A stretch of 57,657 nt of DNA, counting the filler, from Circinaria calcarea (Eukaryota), in NCBI GenBank assembly GCA_051942165.1. It is 7 parts of 7 records of this genome, joined end to end, with 100 filler letters (N's around TTAATTAATTAA, not from the genome) between each part and the next. Parts side by side here need not be neighbours in the genome. Positions count along the whole stretch, not along the records: positions 8,270 to 16,424 come from JAVECS010001161.1; positions 16,525 to 24,678 come from JAVECS010001162.1; 5 more parts are not named here. One strand, 5' to 3'. Of the stretch, positions 12,474-23,100 are shown piece by piece. Numbering within the stretch: position 1 is the stretch's first letter; every line of letters starts with the position of its first letter. The notes below the pieces were generated by a model that saw only the letters and a list, made by a program, of their open reading frames with translations, did no database searches and was not told where the DNA came from. The translations under genes and the position numbers were made by a program.

Positions 12474-12695
12474 CAGTCTCATGCAATAAGTCTGCACCCC
12501 CCTGCCGGCAGCTAACTACTAGTTTATAGAAGCTGGTCTGGAGGTAGAGGATAATTATATACCGCTTTGAACTAAAATCTTATGTTTTCTCTACCGTCCT
12601 ATGCTCCAATCACGGCTTGGGAGAGTTGGACAAAAGCAGCAAGTACGCTAACAGAAAGCTAGCAAGGGGGGGTGCAGACTTATTGCATGAGACTG
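12474..12695. mobile_element. 222-bp Tc1/mariner-type MITE (mimp/impala-like)
   Basis: Perfect 29-bp TIRs (CAGTCTCATGCAATAAGTCTGCACCCCCC) flanked by TA on both sides (12472-73 and 12696-97); no ORF. Confidence 0.93.
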
Positions 12696-12956
12696 TAGGT
12701 TGCTTTCTTATTTAACAGTCCTGGAGGAGTCAAAGCGAAGTGGGAATCCATGTTATCTCTGAGTCAACCGAGACGACCTCGGCCAGATAAGAGTAGTGTA
12801 AGCCTGAGACTTGCAGAACACTCTCTTCATTCGCTAAAAATATGCAGGCAAATTACATAGCCTCGCTAAATAGTCCCTGCAGTTCAGCCTGATTCTTCGC
12901 CGAACCACTTACCACGTGTTACAGTATGAGTGGCCGACCGGTCAGAACCTCGGGTG

Positions 12957-13235
12957 ATGCTGCGCCCCGTACCCTCTATCCAGTGACGCTTCTTTCTCCT
13001 AGATCAGGCTGTGGCTACTTTTGCTCGAGCCATCCACCAGCAACCCTTCGTTATCATCGCGATTGCGGATCAGGATTTCGAGTGTTCCTGTCAACGGAAC
13101 TATATTTGTAGCCGCAGATATTGTTCGAGCGACCCAAGTGGATTGTGTGGAGAAACAGGGGTAATACAGGATGCAATAGGCTGTATAGGCTATGGTAACT
13201 ACCAGTCTATGTGTGTGGACTTCACTGTAGAATAA
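12957..13235 (+). pseudogene. Possible small Cys-rich protein remnant
   Basis: ATG 12957 is in frame with ORF 13011-13235 (7 Cys) but interrupted by TGA at 12984. The N-terminus is weakly signal-peptide-like (RFFLLDQAVATFARA). Confidence 0.25.
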
Positions 13236-13716
13236 CATAGCAGAAAACTCTGCTATGTATATTCTGCGGGGGTTAGTTCACCCGCTCCGCCCATTGGTTT
13301 CCACATAGTGTAAACCCCTATTCTTGACAGATTGAGGTATCGCTAATTGGATGTGCCCGATACGCCTCACTTGGAGCTGCATGTCGGCTTACTTATAGCC
13401 TTATCATAGCCGCCGCCCCAGCGCTCAGCCTCTGTATAGCCACGCCATATCGCTTAGCTTTAACTCACGGGCTAATTTGAGGTATAGCTTACCACCTCTC
13501 TACTAGGGGCGGTTGAGGCTAAAAACCCAGAGCCTGGTCCGCATGTTCATGCATCTCACCATGTTCAGGCCTTCATGGAAATTGGCTTCCGTCTGCTTGA
13601 AGCTTATTGATCGCTATCTGGGAGAATTTCTTTATCTCGTCGATTCAACTTCTATATCGAGTCTTGAAATCTCCCCTCTGTCTGTTGCAGACTAGTTCTC
13701 ACCGCCAGCATCACAA

Positions 13717-15243
13717 ATGCTGAACTCCTTGCAGTCTCGACCCCATTCTCAACTAGCTTTGGTTATGAGTTCAGCGCTCAAATCCATTTCGCGCGACGAA
13801 ACAGTCCGCACCCGCTGCGATGATGTCCTCGATAATTATGCAAAGTCTGAGACACAAGAGCTATACAAGAAGCTAGTGAAGCTCACCATGGAAGAATGCG
13901 AGGAATTACTAAAGAATATCAATGGGAAGGACAACAAGAAGAAGGGCGTTAAGGGAGTGGTACAAGGCAGAACGAAGGAGCATGAGTCTTTGGAGGAAAA
14001 GCTAAATATATTGAAAAATTTGAAAGAGAAGCCCAAATACATGAATACCGAGGAGTATGATTGGTTGGAGGAAAAGCTGACACGTTTGGAAAACAACAAT
14101 AAGGACCCCAAGGAGGATGAAATCTTAAAGAAAGAGCTAAAGCATTTGAAAGAGGACCCCACCAAGAATCCCGAGGACTATGACTGGTTGGAGAAAAGGC
14201 TGACAGATCTGGAGAACAACTTCAACAAGGGCCCCGACCCCAAGGAGTATGAATTTTGGCAGAAAAAGCTGACAGAGCTGGAAAAGGATCCCAACGAGGC
14301 CCCCAATTTCAGAGAATGGGTTTCTAATGATGAAAACAACATCTACGAACATCCTGAGATGGGGGACCTTGCTGGGGTTCGTATTGGGCTGTACCTTCCC
14401 GGCGACGTTCCCAGGGTCGCGCAAAAAATTGAGGAGCACTTCGACAGGAAATGGCTCTTTGGTACGGTCACGGGTGGGCGAGATACTATCAAGGGCAGAA
14501 ATATAAGCATTAAGAAACATATGAATGGGCAATGGTACTCCCGAGGTCCTGACGGGACTGATAAGCACTGGGAGCATTACGGATACAAGTCGTGGCAAGT
14601 GGTGGTCGAATGGAAGGAGCCTCTGGCTGAGCGTTTCCAATTACTCAGAAGAGAAATAAATAAAGTGGGTCTCAACTCGCTCAGAGTAGAGATCCAGGTC
14701 GGAACGGTAGTAACGCAAGCCTGGGCTGAGGTGCAACACAACATCATCTACAAAGACCCCGACAATATCGATACCACGCCGACCATAGAGCGAATAATCG
14801 ATGCCGTTAATGATATGGTAATCACGACCGATATTATGCTCAAGGAATTAGAAAAAGGCGTGGAGGATGCAAAGAAAGAAGCGGAGGAGGCAGGAAATAA
14901 ACGATTCAATGACGGCTATGACTTTTTGCATTGGTTCAAGATTACATACTTGAACCGAATGCGGGAAGAGGAGCGTAAGCTTTGGGCTTCAAATACGAAT
15001 ACGGCTCACATATTAATCAATCTGTATTCTCGACGAGCTTGTCCTAGCTTTTTTAAGTACCCAATTGAGAGGCACGGGCTTCTACGGACGAAGCTGCCCA
15101 AAGCAAACAGGTATGACATCTCTGTCCTTCTCCTAGAAGATATGGGCAATATTTCCTCCGTGCCGCTTAAGTACAAGAAATTTCTATCCGGCAGGCGTAT
15201 GAGGAACACTGCGGAACTGAACTACCGGGATTCTACTGGGTAG
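13717..15243 (+). CDS. RelA/SpoT-family nucleotidyltransferase (small alarmone synthetase-like) with an internal repeat insert
   Basis: Intronless 508-aa ORF with synthetase motifs in the expected order: RTKEHESLEEK (RxKxxxSxxxK), DLAGVRI, GYKSWQ, EIQVGT, AWAEVQHNIIYK. Confidence 0.88.
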   Translation: MLNSLQSRPHSQLALVMSSALKSISRDETVRTRCDDVLDNYAKSETQELYKKLVKLTMEECEELLKNINGKDNKKKGVKGVVQGRTKEHESLEEKLNILKNLKEKPKYMNTEEYDWLEEKLTRLENNNKDPKEDEILKKELKHLKEDPTKNPEDYDWLEKRLTDLENNFNKGPDPKEYEFWQKKLTELEKDPNEAPNFREWVSNDENNIYEHPEMGDLAGVRIGLYLPGDVPRVAQKIEEHFDRKWLFGTVTGGRDTIKGRNISIKKHMNGQWYSRGPDGTDKHWEHYGYKSWQVVVEWKEPLAERFQLLRREINKVGLNSLRVEIQVGTVVTQAWAEVQHNIIYKDPDNIDTTPTIERIIDAVNDMVITTDIMLKELEKGVEDAKKEAEEAGNKRFNDGYDFLHWFKITYLNRMREEERKLWASNTNTAHILINLYSRRACPSFFKYPIERHGLLRTKLPKANRYDISVLLLEDMGNISSVPLKYKKFLSGRRMRNTAELNYRDSTG

Positions 15244-15907
15244 GCATGAGTGTGATGGATGTCTTGAGTGGTCTACGGAGCTTATCGCACGTCACTGAGG
15301 GAGCAGCTCTCTAGCATCACGGGGAACTCAGAATCGCTTGCGGAGAGGGTATTGGCTAGAATTTGTTCGAGGTGGTATTCGCTTGAAGGATCGATGGCGG
15401 TGGGATTGAGGATGGAGCGCAGGCTTCGCATACTGTGCGCCGATGGCAGCTTATTGCACGTGTTCAAGATGTTTCTCGTGATTTAGATAGTGACAGTTAT
15501 TTAGCAGATCGGATATATCGCCGAATAGCTGCCAGTGGCATCTAGGCACGTCGACATTGGCTAGACGTTTCTGTCTAGCCGTCTCTCCACGTCAACCTCT
15601 CGCTTCTGCACGCAACGAGAAGAGAGGTCATGGCCACAGACATATTAGCCACAGCTTGGCTTTCTCTGCTTATATGTGTTAAATTACACTATCATTATGT
15701 ATGGGATGAGCCAGTAATGTAACAAGGATCATATCGCTTTTAAATTAAATAGTATTAATCAGCATGGCGACGTTGCATAAATCAATCTCACGCCGCACCC
15801 CTACGACTGACGATCGCTTCTTAGTATAATAGGGACGTTTAAAAAGTCGGATATTACCATTTTTTGGTATTGGGAATTATAAGAATTCGATAATAGAGCG
15901 ATAGTAA

Positions 15908-16419
15908 GGGCCTGTTTGGCAACCCCCGATTGTTGGAATCGATTGTCACAATCGATTTTGCCAGAATCGATTCTGAAAATCGATTTTGCGTAATTGCGAA
16001 AGGGTGTTTGGGAAGTGCGATTCTGGGCCGATTATGGAAGCTATGATTCCCCGCTTGCAAGGATCAAAATTATAGGCTAATCACTAGTAAATTTTATCAT
16101 TTCATATTGGGAAAATCATGAACTCATTCTTGCAGGTGTGTATGATTCGCAGCAGTCATCAATTCAATTAGATATGCTTCACCGGTCAAAATAGAAGTAT
16201 TATGAGGATTCGCAACATAATTATTTGATATGTAGTAAGCTAGAATAATAATTACTGCCTGTACAGCATAAAATTCATCGATATCATCCATTTTTTGTCG
16301 TGTTTTTTAGCGCAAAATCGATTTTCATAATCGCAAGAAGTAGGTCCGGACCTATTTATGCCAAGGCACTAAATTTGTATGTATTCGCAAAAATCAAAAT
16401 CGCTGTTTACCAAACGCTC
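15908..16419. mobile_element. Possible PIF/Harbinger (Tourist-like) non-autonomous element remnant
   Basis: TAA followed by GGGCCTGTTTGG at 15908, a second GGGTGTTTGG at 16001, and inverted CCAAACGCTC at 16410-16419. The AT-rich interior has repeated AATCGATT/GATTCGCA motifs. TIR pairing is imperfect. Confidence 0.4.
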
Positions 16420-16424
16420 ACTTG

Positions 16425-16524
16425 NNNNNNNNNNNNNNNNNNNNNNNNNNNNNNNNNNNNNNNNNNNNTTAATTAATTAANNNNNNNNNNNNNNNNNNNN
16501 NNNNNNNNNNNNNNNNNNNNNNNN
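16425..16524. other. Artificial contig-joining spacer
   Basis: N44-TTAATTAATTAA-N44. Confidence 0.98.
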
Positions 16525-17908
16525 ACACAAGGCACGCCGCCCACCCACTCCCCTCCCTTCTCCCGGACTTCTTCCCCTGTGACCTGTACCTCGCCCCCTA
16601 CTCCCAACCCGCCTTCCGTCCTCACCCCGTCAATACTGACTTCGACTCCCCTCCCCCTATTCTCCTCACTCAGCCGCAGCGTAAGTGGTACATGCGCCGG
16701 TAGCACCAGCGGCCGGAAACTCAACGACCGAGGACAGATGGGCGTCAGCAGCAGGGATGAGACGAGCGGGTGCACGATACTGCCGCCGCTGGAAAGCGAA
16801 TAGGCAGTTGAGCCCGTGGGCGTGGAGATGATGAGGCCGTCGGCGACGGCACGGGTGAGGGGTTTGGAGGCGATGGAGATGGAGAGGTGTGTTAGGTGTG
16901 GGTTGGCGCCGCGGTGGATAATGACTTCGTTGAGGGCGTGGGTGATTGGTGGGGATGGGGGTGAGGATGGGCCAAGGGGGTTTTGCGTGGGGGAGGACGG
17001 GATGACGGAGACTTTGAGTCTGTTGCGTAGGAGGATGCGAGCGGTGCGGTGGATGCCGAGGGATTTCCCACGGATGGAGGACCAGCCTATTTTTTCCGCC
17101 ATTGGGGTTGAGAAGGCGGGTTCGGCGTTCTCGTCAAACGAAGCAGTTGACGGTGGGGGGTATTCGCCGAGGATGGGACCTCGATCGCCGAGACTGGCAC
17201 CGGACATGTACACTTCCCTGAAGGCGCGCTTATGCTCGGCGAATTTCCATTCGCCAAGGAAACCGAGGGTGCCCATTGCGAAGGAGAGGATTGGCGGGAC
17301 GGAGGGTGTGGTAGAGAAAAGGGAGGAGGCATGGAGGATTGTGCCGTCACCGCCGAAGGTGGTGACGAGGTCGGTTTTTTGGTGGAGGGGGTTTGGAGAT
17401 GGGAAGATTGGGGAGGGTGAAGAGGGGAGGGTGTAGATTGGGAAGGGGAGGTGGCTCTCGATGGTTGAGGCGGTGGAGGGTTCGAGGATGAGGGAGATGA
17501 AGGGGTAGGTGGTGTGGACGTGTCTGTAGAAGAGGTGGTTAGAGGTTGCAAGTCTAGATCAATCATCTGGGCTATTCAGGAAGTAAGTCGAAGGGGCTCA
17601 AGTAAGGAGACTTGCTTTGCGAATTCGATCAAGGCATCGGTCGCTGCTGGGGAACAGTCTTTCTTGACCAATAAGATATTTCGAGGCGGAGACGGCCATC
17701 GCAAAGAAAGGAGGTCATTGCTCTTGGTCTCTGCGAGTGTAAGTATATCTGAGAGTATCCCAAAGGCTGGAGTTGCATGTATACCTCTATAAGTAGGGTA
17801 TATCCGGCTCGGAAGCTCTGTGATATCCTTCACGAGTGACCTTCGACATGTCGAAGAGAAGTCTCGATGCCATTGTAGAACCCGGAGACGCCTTGGGAGT
17901 ATTTTCAT
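16525..17908 (-). CDS. POS5: Mitochondrial NADH kinase (3' end truncated by contig break)
   Basis: Presequence-like start, WPSPPRNILLVKK, TFGGDGTILHA, GTLGFL, ALNEV and ADGLIISTPTGSTAYSLSSGG. Confidence 0.9.
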
Positions 17909-18276
17909 ATCGATAGTAACAGAATGGTCATATTCTTTAAGGGTTTCCTAAGATATCACATCCTGAAGCCCGTGCTCTTCAGCCTTACAGGGCACCGTCA
18001 TCCTAAGGGTTCAATACCTATGCTTAACTCTCATGTGAGGACTTGACTCGTATACCTTACGATTTCCTAACCATGCATGTCGCCACATGGTTCGCTTTCA
18101 GCTTGTGATACTGCTGACATGATATCTGTATGAATTATATACCTTATCCACAAGAGCTCCATAGCCACGTGTGCTAGTCTCGGCATTAAGCAAGCAGATG
18201 ACTACTCTACGGGACAAACAAAGAATACGAAAATAGCGATTCTGGTTTCAGCACAACCCTAATACCTAACATAATA

Positions 18277-19642
18277 ATGTCTTCGGGAAACAGCAAGGAG
18301 GAATCAGTGCCCATGGTTTCTAAATCCCTATCGGATTTGGGAGCCGGTGCCAAAGGGGCAGCCTTTGAACCACATCCTGTAGGACGGGTCCGACATGGAG
18401 CATTCGTACAGGTTGTTCGACTATTGCTGTTTGTCACATGGGTCAACTGTTGTATTTGCACCATTGGTCTTACTCAATACATCGGCGCTCCCTTGTACCT
18501 CATAAATCAGGATTATTTCTACTCGTACATGGCCTTGACCAAGCAATCCTTCGGTCTCTTAATCACCACCTTCACACAGTGGTTCAGCCCCACGGTGGTG
18601 CGAGTCAGCGGTGATAAGAGTGTGAGAGGTCAACTCCGGCAGACCAAGGAAGGCCTCCTCGAGACAGACTTCCCGGAAAGACTCATCATGATTACGAACC
18701 ACCAGCTCTATTCGGACTGGTTATACTTGTGGTGGATAGCGTACACAAGTAAGATGCACGGACACGTTTATATTATACTCAAGGAATCGCTAAAGTATAT
18801 CCCCGTTGTCGGGCCGGGCATGATGTTCTATGGCTTTGTCTTCATGGCAAGGAACTGGGCAAAAGACAAGTCACGCCTTCAACACCGCCTCCAAAAGCTA
18901 AAAGGCCGGCACAGTGGACCACTATCTGGCGAGCAGGAGTTGGACCCTATGTGGCTTATGATATTTCCCGAAGGGACCAACCTATCTGCCAATACGAGGA
19001 AGAAGAGTGTCAAATGGGCCATACAACAGGGCATCCCCGATCTGAAACACCAACTATTGCCCCGAAGCACAGGTCTGCGTTTTTGCTTACAGCAGCTTGA
19101 AGGGACCGTTGACTGGATATATGACTGTACCACAGCCTATGAGGGTATCCCGTAAGTCTTTCCTACTAACGAAATTGGGGTGATGGCTAACGACCGTTCG
19201 AAGTCGAGATGGCTACGGCCAAGACTACTTCACTCTGTGGTCGACATACTTTCAGGGACGGCCTCCCAAATCCGTGAACATGTATTGGCGACGATTCGCT
19301 ATATCTTCTATTCCTGTCAGCGACTCGAAAGCCTTTGAAAAGTGGGTTTATGAGAGGTGGTTGGAGAAGGAGGAGCTTCTGGAACAGTATATGCAAAACG
19401 GTCGATTCCCCGCCGACGACGGATCCGAATCCGAAAGCGAAACTGCAGCTAACGGCACTGCTCCGGTGAAAGCTGCCAAAGGCGCTGGCTTCATTGAGAC
19501 CGAAGTGCGCTTAGCACACTGGTATGAAATCGGCCAAATTTTCGTAGTACTAGCCACTTCTGCCTTGATCATCCACAACATCTTGAACACTTGGTGGCTT
19601 CTCACACATGGCGTGTTCCTCAGGCAAGGCTTAGGATGGTAA
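18277..19642 (+). CDS. Lysophospholipid acyltransferase (PlsC family, Cst26/Psi1-like)
   Basis: NHQLYSDW (HX4D), LKESLKYIP, IFPEGT and LLPRSTG; one intron at about 19151-19203; C-terminal TM segment. Confidence 0.88.
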
Positions 19643-20180
19643 TCATGTCCGGGGTTGAAACGGTTGCATGGCACTGGCGTTTATGGGATTATGATTGGGC
19701 ACCTTAAATGGTTGGAAACTATTTTGGAGGAGTGTTGTTTTGGACTTTGAGACTGAGAACCGTTTGTCTAAAGTTTCTATAAGCAGATTATTGTAGAGAC
19801 AGGACTATATTGATTGTTTTTGTTGTCTAATTGTGGGAATTTCTCACCCATCTCATGTTCCCAGCAAGAGTCGCGTTGTCCTCTCTTCGGCTATCCATGA
19901 ACATGGGCCAACGTACGGAAGAGGCATAATGTATCCGCAGCCGGCGAATAGACGGGCCGGGCGCGTTCATACCTTCGAACGCCAAAAGACTCACTGGGTC
20001 TATCTCACCTTATATGTTGTTCTGGCGTCCATGTCACCTTTAGTTTCTCACCTGCTCTAAGAATGTCTAGAGCACATCAAATGACTTGGTACAAGTGATG
20101 TTGGCGAGGATCTAGAGTTTGAGGCCAGCCTTGTGTTGCATTCCCTATCCTCATTGAAGGGGGTGCATTACACTGACAAC

Positions 20181-23100
20181 ATGGCACCACTCACGAATGG
20201 TCGTGCAAACGGATACACTAGCTCTATCAATAGGCGCTTCTCTGATATCCCTTCAGCTATCGACATTCCAGTCTCGGGTCTCGACATCGATGAGGCGGTG
20301 GAGGTTAACCTTGAAGAGCTACTAGACGACCCTACCGAGCTATGTACATTACTCGAGAACGAGAATGCGGCCAAAAATGTCTGGATGGTCATAGCTCTGG
20401 CTTATGCGAAGCAGCGCAAGATCGATCACGCGATTGAGATACTGAACAAGGGCTTAGCGTCCTTGTCAAGAGGTGGACCTAAGGAGAAGCTCGGCTTGCT
20501 TAGCTGTCTGTGTTGGTTATATCTTTGGAAGAGTAGGGAGGCGCCAAGGGTAGTACCGGACGGGCAATTGGTTTCGGAGGCCCGGACAAAAGATTACTAC
20601 CTTCAAGCAGCAACGGGATCTTTGAACGAAGCGTCGCGAGTCAACCCTTCTTTTCCTCCTCTTTTTCTAGCTCGCGGCATACTTTCTCTCCTCCGCGCCT
20701 CACTACAGCCCCCGTCGAAACCACTTGCGCCTGGAGCAGTCGAACACTCGGAGAGGGTGGAGACTCTACGACAAGCGCTGAAATGCTTCGAAGATGCGTG
20801 GCGAGTTTCACACGGGAAGAACATGATGGCAGTTCTTGGAAAGGCACGTGCCTTGTACTCGTTGGGCAGATACCCGGATGCGCTGGATTGTTACCAGGAG
20901 GTTCTAATGAAGATGCCGGATCTCCAAGAGCCCGATCCCCGCATTGGTATAGGCTGTTGCCTGTGGCAGTTATCGTACCGTGAAGAGGCTCGAGATGCTT
21001 GGGAGAGAGCCGCTGAAATTGTATGCGTTTGGTTGGACTCATCCCAATTACCAGCTAATCAGGCTTGTTAGAATCCCGATTCAAAGATCGCGAACATCCT
21101 CCTTGGTCTGTACTATCTCAACGAAAGCTCCAAGTATGCTACAACCGATCCAGCATTTGCGCCGACATACAAGAAAGCCATGACCGTCTATACCCAGAGA
21201 GCCTTTAAGCTTGACAAGGAACTTCCTCTTACATGTGCGACTTTTGGGAGCTATTTTCTTCCGAGGAAAGCCTGGTCTACCGTTGAAAGCCTTGCACGTA
21301 AAGCAATTGAGCTAACGGATGTCAATGCCATTGCAAGTGATGGGTGGTATCTACTTGCCCGCAAAGAGCACTATCAAGAGCCTATCAACTTGGCCAAAGC
21401 CGGTGATTTCTATAACAGAGCCGATAATGCCCGAGGCGGTGGCGATAGGGGGTATCTGCCCGCCAGATTTGGTAGCGCTCAGATCCAGATTCTCAACGGC
21501 GATATCGATGGTGCCAAATTCAAACTTGAAAAAATGATCCAGCACTCAAAGAGTCTAGAGGCCATGACGCTTCTCGGTACACTGTACGCGCAAGAAGTCT
21601 TCACCAACCAAGCTACCGGTAGCAAGGAAGATAAGTCAACCGAACTGAAGAAGGCAACAGCGCTGTTGGAGGCCGTGCGGTTAGCTTGGAAAGATCCAAA
21701 GAGAAACGTAACACCCGATTCGTCGTTACTCATATGTCTTGCAAGACTTTACGAGACTGAGCAACCAGAGAAGTCTCTACAGTGCTTGTTGCAGGTACAG
21801 CAAATAGCCATGGATGCGATACTCGAAGAAGCCAATCTGGATGAGACCGAAGAGGAGGAAGTGCGGAATACAAAGTTGAAAGAACAATTGCCACCGCAGC
21901 TACTTAACAATATCGGGTGTTTTCAGTATCAATCAGATAAGTTTGACCAAGCCAGGATGACCTTTCAGACAGCTTTGACATCCTGTGTGAGAATGGGAGA
22001 GAAGATTGAGGCCATTGCGAATGATGCCTTGGTGACCACTACTAGCTATAATCTAGCAAGAACCTACGAAGCAGCAGGTTTACTGGATGAAGCTAGACAG
22101 GTCTATGAAGGAATTCTGATACGCCACGCCGATTACACCGATGCTAGAACCCGAGTCGCTTACATTGATTTACGGCAGAATCCGACTGGGGACGGTCCCA
22201 AGGCCATGGCAGCCTTATTTGAGATGGATTCATCGAATCTTGAAGTACGAGCTCTTTTTGGCTGGTACCTAAGCAAGGCCAAAAAAAAAGCTGCAAACAT
22301 CGCCGAAGATCAAGAGCAGCGTCATTACAAGCACACCCTTCAGAATCACGATAAGCACGATCGATATGCTTTGACGGGTATGGGTAATCTCTATCTTGTA
22401 ACTACACGGGAAATGCGACGAGACACTGAACAGGACAAAGACAAGAGAAGGAAAACGTATGAAAAGGCTGTTGAGTTCTTTGACAAAGCATTACAGCTCG
22501 ATCCGAAAAATGCGTATGCTGCTCAAGGTATCGGGATTGCCCTCGCGGAAGATAAAAAGGACTTTGGTACGGCGGTTCAAGTTTTCTCCAAGGTACGCGA
22601 TACCTTGCGTGACGCAAGTGTATACGTCAATCTAGGCCATGTTTACGGAGAGCTCAAGCAATACCCGAAAGCTATAGAGAACGTAAGTGGTTTGAAGGGG
22701 CAGCGTACGTACCACATTCTCTACTGATTTGACTTTTAGTACGAAGCCGCTCTTGCCAAAGATCGAGCTAGTGATCCCCAAATCCTGGCCTGTCTTGGTC
22801 GTGCTTGGCTTCTCAAAGGGAAGCAAGAGAGGAATGCCTTATCGATGAAGAATGCTCTGGAATATTCAATTCGTGCTCTTGAGATTGCACCTGAACAAAT
22901 CCACTTTGCCTTCAACATTGCCTTTGTTCAGATACAACTCGCACAACTTATCTATTCACTCCCAGAAACTCAACGTAATCTTAGGGAAGTCCAAGATGCT
23001 GCTGAAGGTTTGGACAATGCCATTGAATCCTTCACGGCCATTGCACATGCCAAAAACCCACCTTACCCTAAGCATGATATCGAACAACGAGCGAATATGG

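Noticed and set aside
13717..15243. Bacterial contamination as the source of the RelA/SpoT ORF
   Set aside because: The same contig carries a spliceosomal-intron gene, fungal pogo and HET relics and a Tc1-type MITE, with no operon structure.
1..16424. One large immune island combining the HeLo/kinase-ANK pair with the RelA/CorA-like locus
   Set aside because: They are on different contigs separated by an artificial spacer.
16816..17566. Long alternative-frame and antisense ORFs (also 4506-5048, 23568-24089, 42963-43682, 44493-45137)
   Set aside because: They are shadows of real genes or low-complexity sequence and carry no independent motifs.
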